Source: an uncultured Pirellulaceae bacterium | Lineage (GTDB): Bacteria; Planctomycetota; Planctomycetia; Pirellulales; Pirellulaceae | Length of the DNA stretch: 64,000 bases | Direction of reading: 5' to 3' | Assembly: GCA_943788025.1 (NCBI GenBank) | Contig: CALSOR010000004.1 | Coordinates: forward strand, 735,231 to 799,230 | Shown: positions 50,082 through 58,247 of the stretch, in pieces | Position numbering within the stretch: position 1 is the first letter of the stretch | Layout of the letters: every line of letters begins with the position of its first letter | Position numbers and translations under genes: made by a program | The notes under the pieces: generated by a model | What the model was told of the DNA's origin: nothing | The model's input: only the letters and a program-made list of their open reading frames with translations | Databases searched by the model: none

Positions 50082-51455
50082 TTATCGGACGAATTGATGC
50101 CTACCTTTGAATCGACGTGCAATTTCCTCCAGCACCGGTGCCGCCAGCGGATTTCCAAACGCTATCGTGTGGATTTTCGGTGATCGATCAGAGCGTGCGG
50201 CAACCTCCATCAGAAACTCATACGTCCCGTCGTCAAATTCGCCATCCGTCAGAAAAAAGATAGCGTCCGGGTTTAATGACAGTCCGTAATCAAACGAAAC
50301 ACGAGGCTGGGTTTGCTGGCCCAACTTGATTCGTGCAAACCAGCGTTTCGCTTTCTCTAAATTCGCTTCATTCGCGTTGAGCATCCGCAATTTTTTCGTT
50401 TTTCGAAACCCTCTTACCTGTCCCTGAAACATCAAATGCGTCGTGACATCAAAGAAAATGACATAAAACCGCTGGTTTTCTTTTAGTGCTCCCAGCGAGT
50501 CACCCAATTCCCGAACCGCATTTCTCCATCGACGCCCGCTCATGCTCCCGGAACTATCAACGATAAAAACAAAATCTCTGCCGGTTGCCTGAATCCCAAA
50601 GAACTCCGCATCGTTACCATTGCCGACTCGTCGATCCTCATCCGACATCAGCGCCGAAGCAGCATCCTCCGACGCATCGTCAAAACCAGTTTCATCAATC
50701 AGCGACACGCTAGGCACAAAATCTTCGGACTCCGCATTGAAATCCAACTCTGCGGACTGATCATTTGCAGCGAGCAACTGCTCTATTTCAGCATCCAAAT
50801 CGCTACCATCACTCGATTCCTGCGAATCGAAGCTCTCCAATGTCAACGCGGGCTGATCATCTCCCATCTGCGCCAACTCAATCTCAAGGTCAGCCCCCTG
50901 GTGGATCGAGTAAGACACCAACGAGAGCAGGATAAAAACAAGCAAATGAAGAACTAAACTGACAAACCAACTATTCGCCAAAAGTAACCGCGAGAAAAAA
51001 CTTGTTTTCGTCTCTTCAGGTAATACCGATGTAGCAACTGGTGGGCTAGCGGACCGACCCTCAAGATCGCCGGACCGAACAGATTCTGATTCTGGTGAAC
51101 CTAAACTCGGAGACGGTCCGTCACTTTTCGATTTGGTTGAATCTTGCCTGGCTTGAGTTGGCGCCGAGGGTTTTAACGCCGAGGACGAGCCGTCAACTGG
51201 CACGGCTGCCCGATCGGATCCCGTTATTTCGTCCGATCCAGTTCCTTCATCGGATCCAGTTCCTTCATCGGATCCAGTTCCTTGAAAGACGGCGTTCGAG
51301 CCGGCTTCTTGACCAATGACGACAACGCCGCCGGGGTCCACTCCTATTTCCCCACCTAATAACGGAGCGTTTTGTCCGGGCGAAACAGGAGGGATTACGC
51401 TCCGCCAGCGGTCTTTGTGCTCCTTTGTCATTGATGCCCGATTTGCCAAAACCAC
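50082..51455 (-). CDS. Membrane protein with a C-terminal von Willebrand factor A (vWA) domain and a disordered N-terminal region
   Basis: 457-aa ORF. MIDAS-type motif DFVFIVDSSGSMSG, a central TM helix WFVSLVLHLLVFILLSLV, and an N-terminal S/G/D/E-rich region with GTGSDE repeats. Confidence 0.8.
   Translation of the reverse strand: MVLANRASMTKEHKDRWRSVIPPVSPGQNAPLLGGEIGVDPGGVVVIGQEAGSNAVFQGTGSDEGTGSDEGTGSDEITGSDRAAVPVDGSSSALKPSAPTQARQDSTKSKSDGPSPSLGSPESESVRSGDLEGRSASPPVATSVLPEETKTSFFSRLLLANSWFVSLVLHLLVFILLSLVSYSIHQGADLEIELAQMGDDQPALTLESFDSQESSDGSDLDAEIEQLLAANDQSAELDFNAESEDFVPSVSLIDETGFDDASEDAASALMSDEDRRVGNGNDAEFFGIQATGRDFVFIVDSSGSMSGRRWRNAVRELGDSLGALKENQRFYVIFFDVTTHLMFQGQVRGFRKTKKLRMLNANEANLEKAKRWFARIKLGQQTQPRVSFDYGLSLNPDAIFFLTDGEFDDGTYEFLMEVAARSDRSPKIHTIAFGNPLAAPVLEEIARRFKGRHQFVR
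51225..51296. repeat. 18-bp in-frame tandem repeat, about 4 copies, inside the vWA gene (GTGSDE hexapeptide)
   Basis: cggatccagttccttcat-type units at 51225 (diverged), 51243, 51261 and 51279. The protein reads GTGSDEGTGSDEGTGSDEITGSD. Confidence 0.9.
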
Positions 51456-51654
51456 TTTTTAGAAACTCTAACCGCTACCTCGATTCTGAAAAACTATTGT
51501 TTTGCCGTCAAGTAATTTCGAGAAAATCTCGACCTTCAAGGACCGTTACAACGCGAAAACAGCCGAAATACTCCCATTTTTTGGCATTGGGACGAAACAG
51601 ACGGTTTCTTATACTCGCACCCCGGAAGGCCCGACTTTAACGAAATTTAGAAAA

Positions 51655-52830
51655 ATGACAAAAATCATCAAAGCAAATTTCTATGTGGCTTTGGCATCTT
51701 CTCTCATCTCCATGTCACCCGATTTGATTCAGGCTGTTCAAGATCCACCACAATTCCGGGATCCGGTCGTCCAACCCTCCAAATCAATTGATCTTTCGCC
51801 CAACAATGCGGGTGAATCCAGCAATTTGACGGAATCGTCGAACAATCCAGTCGATGTCACCAACACGGCGAGCCAGTCTTGGAAGACTTACGACATCAGT
51901 CCCTACACGACGACGGTAAAATCGACTCAAAACCCTGAGCAAAACATACTGGATTGGATCCTTCGTGAAACGGGAACCGACGTTTGGTTTGGCGAACCCA
52001 TGGGCGTCCTTTCGGTTGGAAGGCATTCCATCCGTTGCTACCACACGCCGGAAATCCAGCAAAAAGTTAGCGGTATTGTGGACCGATTTATTAAGACAAA
52101 AGACATGGACGAAGTCTTTGGGCTGCAAGTGATCACCGTCGACAACCCGAACTGGCGGGCGAAATCACTTCGACTTCTCACGCGATTCGAGACAAAATCG
52201 CCGGGAGTTGAAGGCTGGCTAACCACCAAAGAGAACGCCGCACAGCTGTTCAATGAACTTCGAAAACGTTCGGATTTCAGCATGCCAATTGCTCCGACAT
52301 TGATCAGCGAAAGTGGCCAGCCGAAACAAGTGATACAGTTACAACCGCTCAATTACTTTCGATCCATCATTTTTGACAACCGCTCCTACCCCGCTTTTCG
52401 TGTCGAAACAGCCCGAATTGATGAAGGTTTCTCAATCAAACTCAGTGCTTTGCGATCGAAAGATGGCAAGCTCATGGATGCAGAACTCGTTTGCTCAGTC
52501 GACCAAGTTGAACAATTTCGCAATGTTAATGTGGACGTGCCGGGTCCAAACGGGTCCGCCCAAACCCACCCAATTAGCGTTCCGCAACTTTCAAGCTGGA
52601 GGCTGAAAGAAAGGTTCCGCTGGCCAACCGATCGCGTGCTGATCCTGAGCGTAGGCGTCGTCGCCGCTCCGAATCGAAAAATGCAACCAAGCCTCAATCT
52701 GACGAATGTTTTTGAGCCCAATCGACGCCGAGCCGACGCCTTGCTGTTTTTGGACAGCAAAGGAATCTACAAACGTGGTCAAACCCCCAGATCCGCCAAC
52801 GGATTGACGCCGGTCCCGCAGCGAAGATAA
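51655..52830 (+). CDS. Secreted protein with a divergent secretin-like C-terminal region (hypothetical)
   Basis: ORF 51502..52830. ATG 51655 gives signal peptide MTKIIKANFYVALASSLISMSP. The C-terminal segment FSIKLSALRSKDGKLMDAELVCSVDQVE..ISVPQLSSWRLKERFRWPTDRVLILSVGVV..ADALLFLDSKGI follows the secretin-domain pattern. The family call is tentative. Confidence 0.6.
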   Translation: MTKIIKANFYVALASSLISMSPDLIQAVQDPPQFRDPVVQPSKSIDLSPNNAGESSNLTESSNNPVDVTNTASQSWKTYDISPYTTTVKSTQNPEQNILDWILRETGTDVWFGEPMGVLSVGRHSIRCYHTPEIQQKVSGIVDRFIKTKDMDEVFGLQVITVDNPNWRAKSLRLLTRFETKSPGVEGWLTTKENAAQLFNELRKRSDFSMPIAPTLISESGQPKQVIQLQPLNYFRSIIFDNRSYPAFRVETARIDEGFSIKLSALRSKDGKLMDAELVCSVDQVEQFRNVNVDVPGPNGSAQTHPISVPQLSSWRLKERFRWPTDRVLILSVGVVAAPNRKMQPSLNLTNVFEPNRRRADALLFLDSKGIYKRGQTPRSANGLTPVPQRR

Positions 52831-52962
52831 GCTTTCTCGCCCCAAAAACATGTTATTCGTTCGAATCTGACGCTCCGATCCAAATTCGTAATTGGTGGTC
52901 GACGATTCTCGCGGATCAGATAAAATGGGGATTTAATTTTTCCTTACAAACAAGCGCAAAGA

Positions 52963-54276
52963 ATGTCCGAGAATCGTCGAGTTGTCATCACTGGATTAGG
53001 GGTGGTCTCTCCAATCGGAAATGACGCCGATTCATTGTGGAACGCGTTATCATCCGGCAAGAGCGGTGTCGACTTTCTGGAACGGGTCAACTCCGACGGG
53101 TTGAGCACCAATGTTGGTGGAGAAGTGAAAGATTTCACCGGCGACATTGCTGACTTTGGTGATCTTTCGAAAGACCAAAAACGGAGCATTCGAAAAGGCA
53201 TTCGCCTGATGTGCCGTGAGATTGAAATGGGCGTTGCCGTCGCTCAAAAATCTTTGCAAAACGCAAAAATCGATCTTGAGACGCAGGACCTAGATCGGAC
53301 GGGTGTGATCTACGGATGCGACTACATATTGACCGAACCGTTTGAATTCATAGAAGGTGTGACGAAATGCTTGGAAGGTCATGATGAATTTGATTTTACG
53401 AATTGGGGGAAACTGGGGTTGCCCAAGGTTTCTCCCCTTTGGCTGTTAAAGTATTTGCCGAACATGCCGGCGAGCCATATTGCGATCTATAACGATTTCC
53501 GTGGACCCAACAACTCGATTACGCTTCGAGAAGCCTCCGCAAATCTTGCGTTTGGTGAAGCGTACTGCACGATCGTTCGAAACAATGCAGACACGATCGT
53601 TAGCGGTGCAACCGGAACCCGCATTCATCCAATTCGTTCCATTCACGCCTGCATTCAGGAACAAATAGCGCCACGCACGGATTCGCCTGCGACCGCCTCT
53701 CGCCCATTTGATAAAAATCGGGCAGGACTTGTTCTGGGCGAAGGAGCTGGCGCGATCGTTCTGGAGGAATTGGAAACTGCGAAAAAACGCGGCGCGTCCA
53801 TCGTTGGAGAGATTGTTGGACACGGTTCCTCGACCGTTATGTCAAAAAGTGGAGTCGCTGATTTTGAAACGGCAATTTCGAATTCTGTCCGCGGAGCCCT
53901 GCGTTCGGCGAAGATGGATCCTGAAGATATCGGCCATGTCAACGCTCATGGCCTTTCAGGCGTAAAATGTGACGCTTGTGAAGCAGCCGCGGTTGCGAAA
54001 CTATTTGCCAACAACCCAAGCCCGATTCCAGTCGTTGCACCAAAAAGCAATTTCGGAAATCTGGGTGCCGGTAGCGGGGCGGTGGAATTAATCGCGAGTC
54101 TGAAAAGCCTCGAACATGGAGTGCTTTTTCCATCGCTGAATTACGATACACCTGACGATGATTGCCCGATCAATCTTGTGACATCGCACGATGTTCCGTC
54201 GGGCGATTCGTTCATCAATCTCAATGTTTCGCCGTTCGGCCAAGCGAGTGCGACGATCGTGAAAAAATTTAGTTAG
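52963..54276 (+). CDS. Beta-ketoacyl-ACP synthase II (FabF)-fold protein lacking the catalytic Cys (Glu-His-Asn instead of Cys-His-His)
   Basis: Full-length FabF-like protein (VVITGLGVVSPIGN, ASRPFDKNRAGLVLGEGAG, HVNAHG). The active-site motif GPNxxxxxAC(A/T)xG reads GPNNSITLREASA, and KSxxGH reads KSNFGN. Confidence 0.9.
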   Translation: MSENRRVVITGLGVVSPIGNDADSLWNALSSGKSGVDFLERVNSDGLSTNVGGEVKDFTGDIADFGDLSKDQKRSIRKGIRLMCREIEMGVAVAQKSLQNAKIDLETQDLDRTGVIYGCDYILTEPFEFIEGVTKCLEGHDEFDFTNWGKLGLPKVSPLWLLKYLPNMPASHIAIYNDFRGPNNSITLREASANLAFGEAYCTIVRNNADTIVSGATGTRIHPIRSIHACIQEQIAPRTDSPATASRPFDKNRAGLVLGEGAGAIVLEELETAKKRGASIVGEIVGHGSSTVMSKSGVADFETAISNSVRGALRSAKMDPEDIGHVNAHGLSGVKCDACEAAAVAKLFANNPSPIPVVAPKSNFGNLGAGSGAVELIASLKSLEHGVLFPSLNYDTPDDDCPINLVTSHDVPSGDSFINLNVSPFGQASATIVKKFS

Positions 54277-54301
54277 CTGGAATCAGACAGTGATGCAAGC
54301 A

Positions 54302-54334
54302 GCTATTTCGACCACTGCTATTTCGACCACTGCT
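54302..54334. repeat. 15-bp tandem direct repeat, 2.2 copies (gctatttcgaccact)
   Basis: Identical 15-mers at 54302-54316 and 54317-54331 plus gct. The repeat lies in the 64-nt convergent gap between the stops at 54276 (+) and 54341 (-). Confidence 0.95.
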
Positions 54335-54340
54335 GGGGTC

Positions 54341-55522
54341 TCATGCTAAATTTGCCAGCCATTGGATCTCTTCCGAGATACCGACCGCCAAACCATTGTC
54401 TTCACCGCTGCAACGAAGGTCTTCAGGCAAAACCCCCCACGCATAGGTTTCAGCTTCAAAATGAAGCAAATCGTCAATCGACTGCGTGGCTTCTAAACAT
54501 TGCAAGATTTCCGTTTGCGAAGTTTCCAATTCCCCAAATCGTTTGAGGAAAATCGGCACATGAAAATGAACTCGTGCCTCAGAATATCTGGAAATGTCAC
54601 CATCTAGCTTATCCATCGCCAATGGTAAGTCCTCGTAGAACTCCAGTTCGTCGTCGTTTGTCTGCAGAACGGTTTGATGCAAATACCGTGGCTCTTTAAA
54701 ATCGCGTAACTGCTCCATTGCGGCCATCCGTTGCCCCTCACTCATTGCGTGCAAATTCATATGAATCGCTGAGGAGACTTGCACTTTTCCGATTTTTATA
54801 CCGGCGTCGTAGATATTCCGAATGAATTCTGATTGCTCTTCAAACATAACTGCCGAGTGACAAACGTCATGGCAAACTCGAATGTAACGACGAACCAAAT
54901 CGTCAACCTGAATCGACTGGCCGAATAGATACTTTTGAAAAAAATCGACACAGGTTTGACTGGTTTGCAGCACGCAACCTGGTTCTGGCTCGATACAAAA
55001 ATAGACCAAACGATTTCTGGTTTTTTCAAGTTCCTCGAGATGGCGAGCCAGTAAAATCAGTTGATTGGCGGATTTCCTCAGAAATTCGTCATCTACTTTT
55101 TCGTCTTGCCATGCGAGTGGCAATGTAGAAATGCTTCCTTCCATTCCGGGCGGCAACAATTGATCAATCACATCCGCAAGCTGTTCTGAATACTCACGCC
55201 TCGAATCATCTGCCCAGGTTGGCAAGTACACCAAATGCTTGACAACGTCTTGGTGAAAGTTTCCATGCGGAAATCCGTTGAAAGTAAACGGCACCAATTG
55301 ATTCGCCTCCAACCATCCGGCAAATTCGCGGACTTGGTTTTCGCGGATCATTTCGCCAACCGCGTTCGCGGAAAGCCAAAGTCCGATTCCCATCGCTTCA
55401 TCAGGCGAACATTTTTGCTTGACCGAAAGCGCATACTTTTCGAGATTCGCTTTTGTAACATCTAAATCGAATCCGGCATGAACATTAGTGCAATAGCCGA
55501 TCCACTTGTTTTCTTTTTTCAT
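54341..55522 (-). CDS. Xylose isomerase-like TIM-barrel protein, EboE-like
   Basis: 393 aa. The N-terminus WIGYCTNVHAGFDLDVTKANLEKYALSVKQKCSPDEAMGIGLWLSA resembles, from memory, the YCTN(I/V)H..G start of EboE-type sugar-phosphate isomerase/epimerase-fold proteins. The size also fits. Confidence 0.7.
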   Translation of the reverse strand: MKKENKWIGYCTNVHAGFDLDVTKANLEKYALSVKQKCSPDEAMGIGLWLSANAVGEMIRENQVREFAGWLEANQLVPFTFNGFPHGNFHQDVVKHLVYLPTWADDSRREYSEQLADVIDQLLPPGMEGSISTLPLAWQDEKVDDEFLRKSANQLILLARHLEELEKTRNRLVYFCIEPEPGCVLQTSQTCVDFFQKYLFGQSIQVDDLVRRYIRVCHDVCHSAVMFEEQSEFIRNIYDAGIKIGKVQVSSAIHMNLHAMSEGQRMAAMEQLRDFKEPRYLHQTVLQTNDDELEFYEDLPLAMDKLDGDISRYSEARVHFHVPIFLKRFGELETSQTEILQCLEATQSIDDLLHFEAETYAWGVLPEDLRCSGEDNGLAVGISEEIQWLANLA

Positions 55523-55582
55523 AAATTCGCTTTTTTGTAATTCAGTTCGTTATACCGAAGACGACGAGAATCATCGGACCCA

Positions 55583-56089
55583 TCAGCTTTTTCTCAAGTA
55601 TGGCAAATCAAAATTCGCTTTCCAAATCCCACCAATAAAAAGCAACCACCCCGTCAATTGAAATACTCCACCGACTGCGGCAAACATTCCAAATATTGAA
55701 ACTTTCGAAATCACAAGAGCGTAAATCGAACCGGAAAACAGACCAATCCCCAAGCAAAAACAAACCGCCGCAGCATCGAGTGTTTTGCTTTTTGATTTGA
55801 TATGAAGCAAGGTTAAACCGACCGCGATGACGGCAAACGCGTGGTAGAAATGGTATCGGACCCCGGTCATCCAGGTCTTCAATTTTTTGACATGCAGTTC
55901 TTTAAGAGCTGCCGCAGCGTCAACTTCTTTTGGCTGATCACTTGAATCCGCACGCTCAACGAAAACATCGTCGGTCGTGTACCATCCGGGGATTTTCTGT
56001 TCGATCCAATGCGCGCCAAACGCTCCAAACGTGACAGCCAGTGCGCCCATTACCCCGCCAACAAGCAACCAGAATTTCGCCAAGTTCAT
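55583..56089 (-). CDS. DUF423-family membrane protein
   Basis: GALAVTFGAFGAHW and VRYHFYHAFAVIAVGL motifs with four TM helices. An unusually long hydrophilic loop follows TM1. Confidence 0.8.
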   Translation of the reverse strand: MNLAKFWLLVGGVMGALAVTFGAFGAHWIEQKIPGWYTTDDVFVERADSSDQPKEVDAAAALKELHVKKLKTWMTGVRYHFYHAFAVIAVGLTLLHIKSKSKTLDAAAVCFCLGIGLFSGSIYALVISKVSIFGMFAAVGGVFQLTGWLLFIGGIWKANFDLPYLRKS

Positions 56090-56252
56090 TTTCCGCCTAT
56101 TTCAAAAGTCGATCACAGTCATTTCGAAGTCAATCGTTAAGTAGAACACTCCGCCTCGAAATCGTCCATTGGCGACATTGCAGCCAATGCGTTCGCAAAA
56201 TGTTACCATCAAGCAATTCCCTTTTATGAACTCCTTCAAAAACAGCATTTGT

Positions 56253-57470
56253 ATGCCCCATTTTGTAACGCATCTTGAGAGTGCCATCGATGGCACCCAA
56301 CTTGAATTTGAAACGATCCAGACATTGCATGAGGGACGTCCGCTATGGGTCAAATATGATCTAAATGCGGTCAAGGCAAATATGGACAAAAATACGGTTG
56401 CCAAACGCGAACCAACCATGTGGCGGTACCGCGAACTTCTGCCGACAGGCACCGATCGAATCGAAATCACTTTGGGAGAAGGAATGACGCCAGTCCTTCA
56501 ATGCCCGACGCTCGGCAAACAACTGGGTCTTAAAAACCTTTCCGTAAAAGATGAATCGCAATTGCCGACCGGCAGTTTCAAGTCTCGCGGGCAAGCGATG
56601 GCGATCACCATGGCCAAAAAACTGGGGATCAAACGCGTCGCAATCCCAACGGCCGGAAACGCTGGTGGCGCCATGGCTGCCTATGCAACTCGGGCGGGAA
56701 TGGAGTCCTTCGTTTTCATGCCCGAGGATACGCCGATCGTAAACCAATACGAAGCCTATTTTTTCGGTGCGAGCACCTACCTGGTGAATGGACTGATTAA
56801 TGACTGCGGCAAATTGGTTCGCGACGGCAAAGAAAAAATGAATTGGTTCGACATTTCGACTTTAAAAGAACCGTATCGGATTGAAGGAAAGAAAACGATG
56901 GGCCTGGAATTGGCCGAGCAATTCGACTGGAAACTCCCCGATGTCATCCTTTATCCCACTGGTGGTGGAACAGGTCTGATCGGCATGTGGAAAGCGTTTA
57001 ACGAACTGCGTGAAATGGGCTGGCTTGACTCAGAAAACATGCCGCGAATGATTTCCGTTCAAAGCGATGGCTGCTGCCCGATCTCCGATGCATTTGAAAA
57101 GGGCGAACGGTTCGCCGATCCATTTCAAAACGCGAAAACCATCGCTAGCGGTCTTCGTGTGCCCGTTGCCGTTGGCGACTTTATGATTTTAGATGCAGTA
57201 AAAGAAAGTGGTGGTCGGGCAATGGCGGTCAGCGAAGACAAAATCACCGCATGGACCAAACAAGCTTGTTCCGCCGAGGGCATTTCGCTTTGCCCCGAAT
57301 CAGCTGCATGCGTCGGGGCTCTTGAGCAACTACGGGACGAAAAATGGGTTGGTGAAGATGACAACATCGTTATTTTCAATACGGGCGGACTGCAGAAATA
57401 CGTTGAAGTCATGGAAACAGAACTCCCTCGAATTGATCTCTCGCAGCCGATCGATTGGACCTCGATCTGA
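56253..57470 (+). CDS. thrC: Threonine synthase (PLP-dependent, TrpB-fold)
   Basis: PLP-lysine motif PTGSFKSRGQAMA, AGNAGGAMAAYA, and the glycine loop YPTGGGTGLIGMWKAF. ATG 56253 (MPHFVTHLES) matches the usual N-terminus. The track start 56169 is TTG. Confidence 0.85.
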   Translation: MPHFVTHLESAIDGTQLEFETIQTLHEGRPLWVKYDLNAVKANMDKNTVAKREPTMWRYRELLPTGTDRIEITLGEGMTPVLQCPTLGKQLGLKNLSVKDESQLPTGSFKSRGQAMAITMAKKLGIKRVAIPTAGNAGGAMAAYATRAGMESFVFMPEDTPIVNQYEAYFFGASTYLVNGLINDCGKLVRDGKEKMNWFDISTLKEPYRIEGKKTMGLELAEQFDWKLPDVILYPTGGGTGLIGMWKAFNELREMGWLDSENMPRMISVQSDGCCPISDAFEKGERFADPFQNAKTIASGLRVPVAVGDFMILDAVKESGGRAMAVSEDKITAWTKQACSAEGISLCPESAACVGALEQLRDEKWVGEDDNIVIFNTGGLQKYVEVMETELPRIDLSQPIDWTSI

Positions 57471-57490
57471 TCGCACAACCGGTTGTTTGC

Positions 57491-57883
57491 TCAAACCGTC
57501 ATTACAAACAATCGGGCGCTGTAAATCACGACCAACCCCGTGACGAACGAGCCCAGATAGAGAACATTTTTGCCCGTATGAACCTTCTTGATCGCAATGA
57601 CCTGCGCAATCACGCAGATGAATGCAACAAGAACCAGCTTAAATGCGATCATGCCGTTGAATCCCCATTTTTGATAAAAATAATTGGCAAATGGGTTAGC
57701 CTCGATAGCGCCCATACGCAACAAAAGGTTGGTCATGAATATATCAAGACAACTGATCAAGATAAAAAACGTTGTCGCATTTTGCAGCGGCAAATCGCCA
57801 GTCAAAAGGTGCTTTAGCCGGTTCGCTTTTTTGGATTCAACTTGACCATGGTCCGTGCGACTGCCGTCATCATTTTTTTGCAT
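57491..57883 (-). CDS. Small membrane protein, DUF5658-like
   Basis: 130 aa. LDIFMTNLLLRMGAIEANPFANYFYQKWGF resembles the DUF5658 pattern (..E(A/L)NP..). Three to four TM helices. Confidence 0.55.
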   Translation of the reverse strand: MQKNDDGSRTDHGQVESKKANRLKHLLTGDLPLQNATTFFILISCLDIFMTNLLLRMGAIEANPFANYFYQKWGFNGMIAFKLVLVAFICVIAQVIAIKKVHTGKNVLYLGSFVTGLVVIYSARLFVMTV

Positions 57884-58054
57884 GAGTGCCTTAAACCGAA
57901 TTGGACGAATGAATGTTGACGACCGGATGCGTTCTAAAGAACAACAGCGTAGCAGTCGCCACCATCAATTGAAAGAATGCCAAGATGCAGGGCTCGCATA
58001 TTTGACTGACTGGGGAGGCTGAAAAAAACGTCAAAACGACGTTTGAGTGCCTAA

Positions 58055-58100
58055 CTAATCAGAAATCGACTCAGCCAGCTAATCAGAAATCGACTGAGCC
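58055..58100. repeat. 24-bp-period direct repeat, 2 copies (ctaatcagaaatcgactSagcc)
   Basis: 22-mers at 58055-58076 and 58079-58100 differ at one base and are separated by ag. Confidence 0.9.
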
Positions 58101-58152
58101 GAGAAGGACGCCTTCGTCGATGCAGCTGCTTTCGCTTTCGCGACGATTTTTA

Positions 58153-58232
58153 AGTGCAGTTTTTTCAGTGCAGATTTTTCAGTGCAGATTTTTCAGTGCA
58201 GATTTTTCAGTGCAGATTTTTCAGTGCAGATA
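58153..58232. repeat. 14-bp tandem repeat array, about 5.7 copies (agtgcagatttttc)
   Basis: Copies at 58153 (1 mismatch), 58167, 58181, 58195 and 58209, with a partial copy at 58223. The array lies between the msrB stop (58248) and the start of the 57883 gene. Confidence 0.95.
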
Positions 58233-58247
58233 CCTTATTTGTGAACC

